A stretch of DNA of 64,000 bases from Truepera sp. (GCA_965218435.1 CBDCKW010000009.1:3456001-3520000), one strand, 5' to 3'; shown: positions 8,642 through 18,755, counted from the stretch's first letter. Notes: generated from the sequence alone by a model not told the origin. Program-made: numbers and translations.

Positions 8642-8710
8642 GCCCTTGTTTTTCTACAATATACGAACTCATACCCGGTTTTTCAGGGTGTCGTCCGAGA
8701 ACGTATCGTT

Positions 8711-9442
8711 ATGGCAGGCTCATATCTAGCAGAGAGCCCGGTCGCGGAGAAATATCAGCCGCAGTACCGGGTGGTGCAAGTCGGCGCAGAACACGGTCAA
8801 AGTATTCACGAAGTGGTGTGTTACGCCAACAAATTTCCGGTAGGCACCAAAGGGTGCATCAGTCAGAACAATATTGAAGAGATTATTCGACGTTTTCCCG
8901 AGGGACAGTTTGTGGTTGTTACTGACACTGCTGAAGGGGAGAAGGTTGTCGGCCTGGCCCTCGCCATGAGGACAGCTTATCCGCCGTCGGCGCGGCCTCT
9001 AGGGTGGCTCGAGATGATCGGCGACCTCGGCTTTTCTAAGCATGACCCTAAAGGTGCATGGCTTTACGGGGTTGAAAAAGCGGTCCATCCTGACCACCAA
9101 GGGCGCGGCGTGGCGTCGGCACTCTATAAGGCGCAGTTCGCGCTTGCCGAGCAGCTCAAACTCAAGGGGATGTACGCGGGCGGGATGCTTAAAGGCTACG
9201 AAGCGTACCGTGACCGCTTGTCAGTCCGTGAATACGCGGGCCGGGTGATGCGCGGCGAGGTCTTCGACCCGACGGTGAGTATGCAGATGCGGCGCGGTTT
9301 CAGGCCCTGTACGGTGATTGAAAACTACGCCTGGGACCGGCAAGCTGACCACACCGGGATGCTGATCGTCTGGGAGCGGCCCGAGTTGGCGAGCCCGGAG
9401 CTGATTTCCGATAGCTTAGCCTTAACGCGTTTGCAGCGGTAA
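8711..9442 (+). CDS. GNAT N-acetyltransferase
   Basis: FPEGQFV, AVHPDHQGRGVASALY, FDPTVSMQMRRGF; -10 TACAAT at 8655. Confidence 0.85.
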   Translation: MAGSYLAESPVAEKYQPQYRVVQVGAEHGQSIHEVVCYANKFPVGTKGCISQNNIEEIIRRFPEGQFVVVTDTAEGEKVVGLALAMRTAYPPSARPLGWLEMIGDLGFSKHDPKGAWLYGVEKAVHPDHQGRGVASALYKAQFALAEQLKLKGMYAGGMLKGYEAYRDRLSVREYAGRVMRGEVFDPTVSMQMRRGFRPCTVIENYAWDRQADHTGMLIVWERPELASPELISDSLALTRLQR

Positions 9443-9468
9443 TAAGGAGCCACAGTGCAGGTTCTGGT

Positions 9469-10758
9469 ATGAACGTTTTAGTGCTCGGGGCAGGGATGGC
9501 AGGACTGGCGGCGGCTAGGGCGCTGCAAGACGCCGGTCAGCAGGTCAGCGTGTTAGAGGCCAAACACCGGCTCGGTGGTCGCGTCTATACCAATCACAAC
9601 TTTGCTGAAGTGCCCGTCGAGTTCGGCGCGGAGTTCATCCACGGTGAAGGGGCTGTAACGTGGGCGCTGGTACGTGAGCTGGGTTTAGAAACGGTCCACT
9701 GGAACAAACTGGACGATTCGTTGGTGAGGTTAGAGGACGGTGCGTGGCTGACGATGCAGGAAGCTAGAGCTGATTATCCCGACTTCGACCAGACCCGTTC
9801 GTGGAGCCTGCCCGACGTAGACGCGCTGCCCAGCGAAGACTGGGGGGGTTACCTCCGACGCATTGGCTTTAATCATCAGCAACTTCGTTACGCCGAACGC
9901 TCGTTTGCCAACGCGTGCGGCGAAGCAATGCGTTTTTTAAGCGCCGAGGCGGTGCTCGAGGGGCTCCGGGCTGAAGACGAAGGCGGCAGGGATTACCGGA
10001 TTCTGGGTGGGTATGACGCCCTCGTCAATGCTTTAGCTAAAGGTCTCGACATCTACAGTGATGATCCGGTCAATGAACTGATGTGGGGCGCAGATGGTGT
10101 GCGCGCTTTGACGCTCGGCGGTGAAGTTTACGAAGCGGACGCCGCCGTGATTACTGTACCGCTCGGCGTGCTCCAAGCCGACGCAATTCGCTTTTCCCCG
10201 GCACTTCCCGACAACAAACGCTCGGCGCTCTTGGGTCTGCGAATGGGGCCGGTGATTAAGCTTGTTTACAGCTTTGAGGACGCGCCGCTCGACCCTAGCA
10301 TCATGGCCGTGTACAGCCGCCTCAACCCGCCGATGTGGTGGTCGCCGTCTTATGGGTATAAGACCAACGCGCACGTCTGGACAGCGTTCGCTTCCGGAGA
10401 CTGGGCCGCCGAACTGCTCGCTTTGGGTGAAGAGGGGGCGCTTGAAGCGGGGCTCGAGTCCCTCCGTCAAGAGCTAGACAGCCCTGATTTAACCGCAAAG
10501 GCGGCGCGGCTCATCAACTGGCCTGATGACCCTTACGCACGTGGCGGCTATTCGTTCGTGTTGCCGGGACAGACGGGCGCACGCGAAAACCTAGCAGCGC
10601 CCACGCCACCACTTTTTTGGGCGGGCGAAGCGACGGCACCTGAACCCCAGGCCGCGACGGTTCACGGGGCGCTCTTAAGTGGGCGGCGGGCGGCAAGTGA
10701 AGTGCTGAACTACGAAAAAGCCGCGTCAGCTGCTGAGATGAAGTCAGAGGTAGCTTAG
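9469..10758 (+). CDS. flavin-containing monoamine/polyamine oxidase
   Basis: GAGMAGL..EAKHRLGGR, GAEFIHG, WPDDPYARGGYS, AGEAT..TVHGALLSG. Confidence 0.9.
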   Translation: MNVLVLGAGMAGLAAARALQDAGQQVSVLEAKHRLGGRVYTNHNFAEVPVEFGAEFIHGEGAVTWALVRELGLETVHWNKLDDSLVRLEDGAWLTMQEARADYPDFDQTRSWSLPDVDALPSEDWGGYLRRIGFNHQQLRYAERSFANACGEAMRFLSAEAVLEGLRAEDEGGRDYRILGGYDALVNALAKGLDIYSDDPVNELMWGADGVRALTLGGEVYEADAAVITVPLGVLQADAIRFSPALPDNKRSALLGLRMGPVIKLVYSFEDAPLDPSIMAVYSRLNPPMWWSPSYGYKTNAHVWTAFASGDWAAELLALGEEGALEAGLESLRQELDSPDLTAKAARLINWPDDPYARGGYSFVLPGQTGARENLAAPTPPLFWAGEATAPEPQAATVHGALLSGRRAASEVLNYEKAASAAEMKSEVA

Positions 10759-10762
10759 CTCT

Positions 10763-11503
10763 ATGAAAGCTGTCGGCCTCGTACAAGAAATTAATCTCTA
10801 CCCGGTGAAGTCGATGCGGGGCGTCTCTGTCGCCCACGCAGAACTCTACTGGTACGGCCTAAACGGTGACCGTAAGTACGCCTTTGTGCGTTCCGACGTG
10901 CGTTCGGGGTTTCCGTGGTTGACTGCGAGAGAGTTGCCCGACATTTTACGGTATAAACCCCGGTTTCTTACGCCGGACGAACCGATGACTTCGGACGTTG
11001 ACGTTTGCACACCTTCCGGGCAAGCTTTACCGCTCGAGTCAGGGCAGTTAGGGCAGTCCCTCACGTCTAGCTACGGTGCGCCTGTCTCGCTCTTGCATCT
11101 CAACCGGGGCACCTACGACTGTATGCCTGTTTCGCTCATCACTGACGCAACGTTTGCGAGTATTCAAAGCAGTTTGAATGAGCCTTTAGACCGCCGCCGC
11201 TTCCGGTCTAACCTCGTGATTCAAATAGATGCTGACACAGCTACCGGTGGAGAACCTGAAAAAGCGTGGCTCGGCGCGCTTCTTACGTTTGGCGAACGCC
11301 CGGATTCTGCACGTATAAATATCAACTACCAAATCAAGCGGTGCGTCACGGTCAACTTGGAGCCTGACAGTGGGGAGAATAGTCCCAAAGTTTTGAAAAC
11401 TGTTGCCGAAAACTTTCAAGCGTGTGCGGGCGTTTACGGCGCGGTCTCGAGGCCGGGAACGATTAAGCTTGGAGATACGGTTTATCTGGAGCATCATGCG
11501 TAA
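10763..11503 (+). CDS. MOSC domain protein (YcbX/mARC-like)
   Basis: YPVKSMRG, GDRKYA, RRFRSNLV, RCVTVN, GVYG..PGTIKLGD. Confidence 0.9.
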   Translation: MKAVGLVQEINLYPVKSMRGVSVAHAELYWYGLNGDRKYAFVRSDVRSGFPWLTARELPDILRYKPRFLTPDEPMTSDVDVCTPSGQALPLESGQLGQSLTSSYGAPVSLLHLNRGTYDCMPVSLITDATFASIQSSLNEPLDRRRFRSNLVIQIDADTATGGEPEKAWLGALLTFGERPDSARININYQIKRCVTVNLEPDSGENSPKVLKTVAENFQACAGVYGAVSRPGTIKLGDTVYLEHHA

Positions 11504-11546
11504 AGCAGTCGCGGCAAAAGCCAACAGTTCAGCGAAAGAAGGTCCT

Positions 11547-12821
11547 ATGGTTACGCAGCATTTGTCCCCCGTCTGGTCACACCTGACCACCTTCGAGCCG
11601 GTCAGAGGCGAAGGTATTTACCTTTATGACGCAGCAGAGAACCGGCTGACCGACTTCACCTCGGGTATCGGCGTCACCAACGCGGGGCACGCGCACCCTC
11701 GAGTCGTCAAGGCGATTCAAGCGCAAGCTGAGGCGCTGATCTTTGCTCAGATCAACTGTGTGGTATCCCCTACAGCAGCTGAGCTGGCCGACCTCCTAGA
11801 CCGTATTACGCCCGAAACGGTGGACACCTTCTTTTTCTCCAACAGTGGCGCGGAAGCCGTCGAAGGCGCGGTCAAACTGGCGCGGCATGCGACCGGACGA
11901 AACAATCTCATCGTCTTTCAAGGCGGTTTTCACGGACGAACGGCGCAGGCGATGGCGATGACAACGGCGAAAACGGGCTACCGGCACCGTTACGGGCCAC
12001 TTCCGGCGGGCGTCTTCGCGGCACCGTTTCCTTATAACTATCAGTACGGTTGGAGTGAGGCGGAGACGGTAGACTTCTGCCTCAAACAGTTGGAGCTCGT
12101 GTTCAAAACCCAAACTGCCCCGGATGAAACAGCGGCGGTGTTCCTCGAGCCCGTCCTCGGTGAAGGCGGCTATGTTCCGGCTCCGGCAGCATTTTTGCAA
12201 GCTTTACGAGAAGTTTGCGACGCGCACGGTATCTTGCTCGTTTTGGACGAAGTGCAGACCGGCTTTGGACGTACCGGCAAGCTGTTCGCGTTTGAACACG
12301 CGGGCGTGACGCCGGACATCTTAGTGATGGCGAAGGGTCTAGGCGGCGGGTTGCCGATCAGTGCGGTGGGCGGGGGCCACGCCCTGATGGAACGTTGGGA
12401 GTCAGGGACGCACGGCGGGACTTACGGCGGTGGCAGCGCGGTAGTGCTGGCGGGTGCGAAAGCCAACGTAGAGGTAATTTTAGACGAACGGCTCGCTGAG
12501 AATGCAGCGGTGAGGGGCGAACAGCTGACTCGAGGTTTACGTGAGTTACAGCGGCGTTTTCCAGTGATCGGTGAGGTGCGCGGGCCGGGGCTGATGGTAG
12601 CGACGGAATTTACCGATACTCACGGACAGCCTGACAAAGAAACGTGCAAGCGGGTTCAAAAAGCGTGTTTAGCGTCAGGGTTGATGCTTTTAACGTGCGG
12701 CCCATTTGAAAACGTCATCCGCTGGATTCCGCCTTTGGTCGTAACCGAGGCGCAGATTGACGAGGCGTTGGGAACTTTTGCGGGGGCGCTCGAGGCCACT
12801 ACTCAACCTGTACCTGCTTAG
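11547..12821 (+). CDS. class III PLP aminotransferase (GABA/diamine transaminase-like)
   Basis: start MVTQHL with AAGAAGG RBS; FSNSGAEAVE, GGFHGRT, DEVQTGFGRTG, AKGLGGG. Confidence 0.9.
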   Translation: MVTQHLSPVWSHLTTFEPVRGEGIYLYDAAENRLTDFTSGIGVTNAGHAHPRVVKAIQAQAEALIFAQINCVVSPTAAELADLLDRITPETVDTFFFSNSGAEAVEGAVKLARHATGRNNLIVFQGGFHGRTAQAMAMTTAKTGYRHRYGPLPAGVFAAPFPYNYQYGWSEAETVDFCLKQLELVFKTQTAPDETAAVFLEPVLGEGGYVPAPAAFLQALREVCDAHGILLVLDEVQTGFGRTGKLFAFEHAGVTPDILVMAKGLGGGLPISAVGGGHALMERWESGTHGGTYGGGSAVVLAGAKANVEVILDERLAENAAVRGEQLTRGLRELQRRFPVIGEVRGPGLMVATEFTDTHGQPDKETCKRVQKACLASGLMLLTCGPFENVIRWIPPLVVTEAQIDEALGTFAGALEATTQPVPA

Positions 12822-12830
12822 GAGTGAGCT

Positions 12831-13196
12831 ATGATTCAAAAGATCAATTTAGCGGACAAATTTGCGTCGTTCAGCGATCAGTGGTCGCCTAGGGTTATCG
12901 GTGAAGTGAACGACGCGGCGGTTAAGTTAGCCAAACTTGAAGGCACCTTTGAGTGGCATCAGCACGCGCAAGAAGACGAGCTGTTTATGGTCGTCAAGGG
13001 TCAACTGGTTATCAAATTGCGCAATCAGGACGACATCATGCTGAACGAAGGTGAATGTGTGATCATTCCCAGGGGCGTCGAGCATCTTCCCGTTGCAGAA
13101 AAAGAAGCGCATGTACTTCTTTTTGAACCCAAAACAACGCTTAACACGGGCAATGTCGAGAGCGAACGCACCGTGCATGAATTAGAAAGGCTCTGA
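12831..13196 (+). CDS. cupin domain protein
   Basis: FEWHQHAQEDELF...IPRGVEH. Confidence 0.9.
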   Translation: MIQKINLADKFASFSDQWSPRVIGEVNDAAVKLAKLEGTFEWHQHAQEDELFMVVKGQLVIKLRNQDDIMLNEGECVIIPRGVEHLPVAEKEAHVLLFEPKTTLNTGNVESERTVHELERL

Positions 13197-14542
13197 TGGC
13201 TGTCATCAGTCTCAAAACTGACATCCCCGGCCCGAAATCTTTGGCACTCGTCGCCCGCCGCGAAACTTCGACGCCGAGGGGCGCAGCCAAGCTGACACCG
13301 CTCGCCTTTACGCACGCGCGAGGCGCGGCTATCACAGACGCTGACGGCAACACGCTCTTAGACTTCGCGGGCGGCATCGGGATGCTGGCCGTCGGGCACA
13401 ACCACCCCCAGGTCGTCGCTGCGATCAAAGCCCAAGCCGATCAACTCATCCACCCGTGCGCCATTGTCGGAAGTTATGAGCCTTATGTCGCGCTGGCCGA
13501 AAAACTGACTGAGATTGTGCCTATCTCCGGCGCAAAGAAGGCGATTTTACTCAATAGTGGTGCGGAAGCTGTTGAAACCGCCGTAAAAATCGCCAGAGCA
13601 CACACCGGACGTGCTGGCATCGTCGTCTTTGAGGGTGCGTATCACGGACGCACCAACTTGACCCTCGCCATGACGAGCAAATACGGGCTTTTCAAAAAGG
13701 GCTTTGGGCCGTTTGCGCCGGAAGTGTACCGGTTGCCCTTTCCAAACGTCTACCGCCGCCCTGCAGGAATGAGTGAAGATTCGTTCTTAAATTACGCCGT
13801 CGGTGAGCTCGAGCACGCCATGACCGCGCAGATTGACCCTTCCGCGATTGCGGCGTTTGTGCTCGAGCCCGTTCAGGGTGAAGGCGGCTTTGTGCCGATT
13901 TCAGGGCGGTTTTACCGGCGTATCCGCGAACTCTGCGACGCGCACGGTATCGTCTTGGTCGCTGATGAGATTCAGTGCGGGATGGGACGTACCGGCAAGC
14001 TGTTCGCCTCGGAGCATTACGGCGTCGAGCCCGACCTCATCACGGCAGCGAAGTCGCTCGCCGCAGGGATGCCGATTTCAGCGGTCGTCGGCAAGGCGGA
14101 CATTATGGACGCGCCGCATCCGGGGGGCTTGGGCGGAACCTACAGCGGCAACCCGCTCGCGTGTGCGGCGGCGTTGGCGGCGGTAGACATCATCTCCGAC
14201 CCGGATTTTCTAGCTCGAGCAACCGAACTCGGGGAGCAGCTCGAGACCCACCTCAAAGCCTTTCAACGTGAGTTTCCAGCGATTGCCGACGTACGCGGAC
14301 TGGGGCCGATGTTGGCGCTCGAGTTCGCTCAAGATGGTGTTCCTGACCCGGAGACAACGGCGAACGTCATCGGTGAGGCGTTAAAACGCGGTTTGATTGT
14401 CTTACGCGCCGGGTTGTACAGCAACTGTTTGCGCTTTTTGCCGCCGCTGAATTTGACGGACGCTGAGCTGGACGAAGGTATGGATGTGCTGTACGAGGCG
14501 CTCACTGCGGTGTTGGCTCGAGAGGTCGTTGCCGGTGACTGA
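13196..14542 (+). CDS. gabT: 4-aminobutyrate--2-oxoglutarate transaminase
   Basis: DFAGGIG, NSGAEAVE, YHGRTNLTLAMTSK...GFGPFAPEVYR, DEIQCGMGRTG, GGTYSGNP. Confidence 0.85.
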   Translation: MAVISLKTDIPGPKSLALVARRETSTPRGAAKLTPLAFTHARGAAITDADGNTLLDFAGGIGMLAVGHNHPQVVAAIKAQADQLIHPCAIVGSYEPYVALAEKLTEIVPISGAKKAILLNSGAEAVETAVKIARAHTGRAGIVVFEGAYHGRTNLTLAMTSKYGLFKKGFGPFAPEVYRLPFPNVYRRPAGMSEDSFLNYAVGELEHAMTAQIDPSAIAAFVLEPVQGEGGFVPISGRFYRRIRELCDAHGIVLVADEIQCGMGRTGKLFASEHYGVEPDLITAAKSLAAGMPISAVVGKADIMDAPHPGGLGGTYSGNPLACAAALAAVDIISDPDFLARATELGEQLETHLKAFQREFPAIADVRGLGPMLALEFAQDGVPDPETTANVIGEALKRGLIVLRAGLYSNCLRFLPPLNLTDAELDEGMDVLYEALTAVLAREVVAGD

Positions 14543-15983
14543 ATTTGCACAAGCTGACTTTAAGCAGCTCATCGGCGGGTCGTGGACGGGTGCGTACGGC
14601 GACGGCACTTGGGATTTGCTCGACCCGGCGACTGAAAAATGTATCCAACAGGTGCCGTTCGGGGGCAAAGCCGACGCTGAGGCTGCCGTAAACGCGGCAG
14701 CTGAAGCGTTTACAGCCTGGTCACGCAAAACACCTTACGAACGCGGCGCGGTCTTAATGCAGGCGGCGGCGTGGCTTCGTCCCCTTGCCGATGACCTAGC
14801 CCGTATCACCACCGAAGAATCGGGGAAACCGCTGGCTGAGTCGAAAGCAGAATGGGTGAGCGCGTGCGGGTATCTCGAGTGGTTCGCCGCTGAAGGCGTC
14901 CGCGCGTATGGGCGCGTGATTCCAGCTCGAGTGGCGACGCGGCGCATCGAAGTGATTTACCAACCGCTCGGTGTGGTCGGGACGATTACGGCGTGGAACT
15001 TTCCGGTCTATAACCTCGTGCGGAGCTGGGCGTCGGCGCTCGCGGCGGGCTGCACGGTGGTCGGGCGGCCTTCGGAGTACACGCCGCGTTCGGGGATGCT
15101 GTTGGCGCGTGCTTTGGTCGAGGGCGGCGCACCGGCAGGCGTGATCAACGTCGTCAACGGTGACCCGGCTGAGGTTGCAGGCGTAATGATGCAAGACGCG
15201 CGGGTTCGCAAAGTCGCGTTTACCGGCAGTCCGCGCGTCGGCAAACTGCTGATGGACCAAGCGAGCGAGACGGTGACGCGGTTGTCGCTCGAGCTTGGCG
15301 GCAACGCGCCGGTCTTGGTCTTTGACGATGTAGACATAGAGCAAGCCGCCAAACTGTCCGTAACCTGGAAGACGCGCAACTGCGGGCAGGTTTGTGTGTC
15401 ACCGCAGCGGTTTTATGTCCATGAAGGTATCTACGAAGCGTTTGCGAAACGGGCGAAGGAGCACATGGCGGCGCTTAAGGTTGGGCATGGGCTAGACGAA
15501 GGAACACAGGTTGGGCCGCTGATTAACCAAACGCAACTCGAGCGGGTGGAAGATTTAGTCTCGAGGAGTATAGACGCTGGCGCGAAGCTCGAGACCGGCG
15601 GCCTCCGCAAAGAGGGCCAAGGTTACTTCTACGAACCGACGGTACTGAGCCACGTTGCACCCGGTATCCCTGCGCACAACGAAGAGATTTTTGGCCCGGT
15701 GATGCCTTTAATCTCCTTCGGCAGCACAGATGAAGCCCTGAAACTGGCGAACAGCACCGAGTATGGTCTGGCTGCGTTTGTCCTGACAAATGACCTCAAT
15801 ACCAGTATTTTGGTGAGTGAAGGGCTCCAAGCTGGCATGGTCTGTATCAATGATTGGCTGCCCGCGACGCCCGAAGCGCCTTTCGGCGGCGTCAAAGGGA
15901 GCGGGTTTGGCCGTGAAACCGGGAGTGAAGGATTGCTGGAATACCTCGAGACCAAAACTATCTTTACCGGCGGGGTGGTGTAA
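14535..15983 (+). CDS. gabD: NAD(P)-dependent succinate-semialdehyde dehydrogenase family
   Basis: GTG start at 14535; WNFP, FTGS, LELGGNAP, NCGQVC, EEIFGP, PFGGVKGSGFGRE. Confidence 0.8.
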   Translation: MTEFAQADFKQLIGGSWTGAYGDGTWDLLDPATEKCIQQVPFGGKADAEAAVNAAAEAFTAWSRKTPYERGAVLMQAAAWLRPLADDLARITTEESGKPLAESKAEWVSACGYLEWFAAEGVRAYGRVIPARVATRRIEVIYQPLGVVGTITAWNFPVYNLVRSWASALAAGCTVVGRPSEYTPRSGMLLARALVEGGAPAGVINVVNGDPAEVAGVMMQDARVRKVAFTGSPRVGKLLMDQASETVTRLSLELGGNAPVLVFDDVDIEQAAKLSVTWKTRNCGQVCVSPQRFYVHEGIYEAFAKRAKEHMAALKVGHGLDEGTQVGPLINQTQLERVEDLVSRSIDAGAKLETGGLRKEGQGYFYEPTVLSHVAPGIPAHNEEIFGPVMPLISFGSTDEALKLANSTEYGLAAFVLTNDLNTSILVSEGLQAGMVCINDWLPATPEAPFGGVKGSGFGRETGSEGLLEYLETKTIFTGGVV

Positions 15984-16023
15984 CCATACAAAAAGGCTAG
16001 GCGTCCATCCGGTAAACTCGCGC

Positions 16024-16983
16024 ATGAGCGTTTTACTTTTAGGCTTTGGCGAAGACAACTTTAACGACGAACAAAAAGCGGCGATTCGTGAGGCGGCAGG
16101 GGGGCTCGAGCCGTTTTACAGCACCGACAAAGCCGAGATAGAGGGGCGGCTTGACGACATCGAAGTAGCCGCAGGAAGTTTTCCTCGAGACCTGATGGCG
16201 CGGGCGTCCAACCTGAGATGGTATCAGCAGTGGGGCGCGGGCGCGGATTGGCTCTTAAAATATCCTGAGCTGACCCAAAAAGACTTCACGCTGACCAACG
16301 TTTCGGGCATTCACGAAATCCCTATCGGTGAGCAGATTATGGCGTATCTGCTGATGTTTGCTCGCGGCTTTCCCCAAATGATGCGGGCACAGCTGGCGAC
16401 AACTTGGGCTCAGAACGAGAGTAAAACCTTTGAACTCGCTGAAAAAACGATGCTGGTTTTGGGCACAGGGGCCATCGGCACGTACACTGCGAAACTTGCT
16501 GAAGCGTTTGGTATCAAGGTTGTCGGTGTACGGCGCAACCCAGGAAAGCAAGTTGAACATATCAGTGAAATGGTCGCACTAGATGATCTGCACACGGCAC
16601 TACCTGACGCGGATTTTATCGTCCTGACGTTGCCACTGACCAACGACACGCGCCACCTCATCGGTGAGGCCGAACTGCAGGCGATGAAACCCACGGCGAT
16701 TTTAGTCAACATCGGGCGCGGTGGGCTGATTGACGAATTTGCGTTGGTGCAGGCGCTTCAAGAGGGCAGGCTAGCCGGGGCCGGGTTAGATGTGTTTGAA
16801 ACGGAGCCTTTGCCCAAAGATTCGCCGCTATGGACGATGGAAAACGTCATTATCACGCCGCATATGGCGGGGAATACACCGCACTATGACGAGCGGGCCT
16901 TGGAGATTTTTCTCGAGAATTTGCGCCGCTATACCGCGGGCGAATCGCTGACGCACGTGGTAGACAAGCAAGCCGGCTACTGA
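16024..16983 (+). CDS. D-2-hydroxyacid dehydrogenase
   Basis: start MSVLLL; GTGAIG, NIGRG, LDVFETEPLP, TPHMAG. Confidence 0.9.
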   Translation: MSVLLLGFGEDNFNDEQKAAIREAAGGLEPFYSTDKAEIEGRLDDIEVAAGSFPRDLMARASNLRWYQQWGAGADWLLKYPELTQKDFTLTNVSGIHEIPIGEQIMAYLLMFARGFPQMMRAQLATTWAQNESKTFELAEKTMLVLGTGAIGTYTAKLAEAFGIKVVGVRRNPGKQVEHISEMVALDDLHTALPDADFIVLTLPLTNDTRHLIGEAELQAMKPTAILVNIGRGGLIDEFALVQALQEGRLAGAGLDVFETEPLPKDSPLWTMENVIITPHMAGNTPHYDERALEIFLENLRRYTAGESLTHVVDKQAGY

Positions 16984-17077
16984 GGTTGATACGCCTTAAA
17001 TCCGCTCGAGGCAGTTGCAGCGTGCCAGGTAGAGGAAGTAAGACTTCAGAACAAGGAATCTAGAAGTTGTTCGTGTC

Positions 17078-17524
17078 TCAACCGGAAAGCTTTGCTGTGA
17101 TGACTTCTTTGAGCTGCGCCATCAGCTCCGCGTCCCGCTCAGGGTCAAACTGTGGGGCATTCTCGCGGTTGTAAAAGGCTGGTGGGCCACACCGCAATTT
17201 TTCGGGCTCACTGTCATATCTCGGGGTAATGTGCGCGTGCAGCGCGGCGTCGCTGTTGCCAAAAATCGAATAGTTGATCCTAGCTGCGCCGGTCACCTCT
17301 AGGAGCGCGTCACCGACGAGGGCCATGTCGAGCAAAAAGCGGGTGCGGTCGGGCGTATCCAGTGCGTTCAGATCAGCTACCACCGGGTCGGGGAGCAGCA
17401 GCGAATAGCCGCGTAAAAACTGCGTATCGCCCAAAACAGCCCAACCCGAAGGCATACGGCAGATGAGGGTCGGATTCTTGCCCTCTCTAGTCTGTTCAAC
17501 ACGTTCATGAATAAGTGTTGTCAT
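17078..17524 (-). CDS. HIT family protein
   Basis: GGAGGAG RBS before MTTLIH; RINYSIFGNSDAALHAHITPRY. Confidence 0.85.
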   Translation of the reverse strand: MTTLIHERVEQTREGKNPTLICRMPSGWAVLGDTQFLRGYSLLLPDPVVADLNALDTPDRTRFLLDMALVGDALLEVTGAARINYSIFGNSDAALHAHITPRYDSEPEKLRCGPPAFYNRENAPQFDPERDAELMAQLKEVITAKLSG

Positions 17525-17546
17525 CTGCTCCTCCCAGCTCTGCAAA

Positions 17547-18281
17547 CTATACCGAAATATACGTCCCTTCGTCCTCACCCTGGCAGATACGCGCCGCCGC
17601 GCCGGACTCAAGAATGTCGAACACGTGCAGCGGTAAGTTGTGTTCTTTTGCCAGAATAAACGCCGCCGGGTCCATCACCCGCAGGTCGCGCCTGATGACT
17701 TCAGCAAAGGTGAGAGCTGAAAAGAACTCGGCGTCGGGGTCGCGGTTCGGATCACGGTCGTAAACTCCTTTGACGCCACTTTTGGCGACGAGGAGCGCGT
17801 CACAGTCGGTCTCGAGCGCCCGCTGTACAGACGGGTAATCGGTGGTGACATACGGCTGACCGTTGCCGCCTGCGAAAATGACCAGATACCCTTTATCGAG
17901 ATGTTGAAGGGCTTTGAGGCGGATGTAGGGCTCGGCAACGCTCGAGATTGTCATCGCCGTCATCACCCGCACCTCCCGGTCGGTACGGTTTTGCAGTGCA
18001 TTTTTCAGTGCGCCGCGGAGCATCAGGCCGTTAATCACCGTGCCCAACATCCCGATGTTGTCGGCCTCGGTGCGTTCGACACCCCAACGTTCGGCGGTAC
18101 TGCCGCGCAAAATGTTGCCGCCCCCGATGACCACGCCGACCTCGAGCCCCAAAGCTACCAGCGACAAAACCTCAGTAACGAGGTGCTCCAACCTTTCGCC
18201 ACTAAAGCCGAACCCGCTTTCATCTGCCAACGCGCCGCCACTGAGTTTAAGCATCACCCGGTTGTACTTCACCCTGTTCAT
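17547..18281 (-). CDS. pyrH: UMP kinase
   Basis: LKLSGGAL, GGGNILRG, ADNIGMLGTVIN, GVYDRDP, VMD. Confidence 0.9.
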   Translation of the reverse strand: MNRVKYNRVMLKLSGGALADESGFGFSGERLEHLVTEVLSLVALGLEVGVVIGGGNILRGSTAERWGVERTEADNIGMLGTVINGLMLRGALKNALQNRTDREVRVMTAMTISSVAEPYIRLKALQHLDKGYLVIFAGGNGQPYVTTDYPSVQRALETDCDALLVAKSGVKGVYDRDPNRDPDAEFFSALTFAEVIRRDLRVMDPAAFILAKEHNLPLHVFDILESGAAARICQGEDEGTYISV

Positions 18282-18349
18282 AAAAACTGGCCCCCATAAA
18301 AAAAGACGCCGTAAAAGCGTCTAGGATCACTTCAACTTGGTCAAGCTGT

Positions 18350-18715
18350 TCATATGCTCGCCCCCGAACCATAACGTGCCGCGCGTACCCGCTGCACGAC
18401 GGCTTCCGGGTCTCTTACGTCTACGACGATACGGGTATAAGGCAAATCCTCGAGTTCAAAGACGACACTTCGGCCCGTAAAGTGAACGCACCAAAACTCG
18501 CGCGTACCTTGCCAGACATAGGTGCCTGCTTGAATGAGGCCGGGAATGCTGGTGCCGGGGAGCCGAAGTCCTTTGGGGCGGGTTACGGTTGGGTCGGCGT
18601 AAATGCTGCGGATGCCCGCAATAGGAAAGGTAAGGTTGCCTTTAAGCGACCAGAGAATATCTAAACCGGTCAGCTCGAGCCTCACATAATTTGGGCTTAC
18701 CATCACCTCGACCAT
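18350..18715 (-). CDS. hypothetical protein (PH-like fold possible)
   Basis: GLRLPGTSIPGLIQAGTY...FW motif typical of a conserved small family. Confidence 0.7.
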   Translation of the reverse strand: MVEVMVSPNYVRLELTGLDILWSLKGNLTFPIAGIRSIYADPTVTRPKGLRLPGTSIPGLIQAGTYVWQGTREFWCVHFTGRSVVFELEDLPYTRIVVDVRDPEAVVQRVRAARYGSGASI

Positions 18716-18755
18716 GCCTAAGAGTATAGCTGCTAAACAAGTAGGGCCAGAGAGA

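Noticed and set aside
8303..8877. ORFs 8303..8515 and 8566..8877
   Set aside because: No RBS or protein motifs; they overlap the candidate ncRNA and the GNAT gene.
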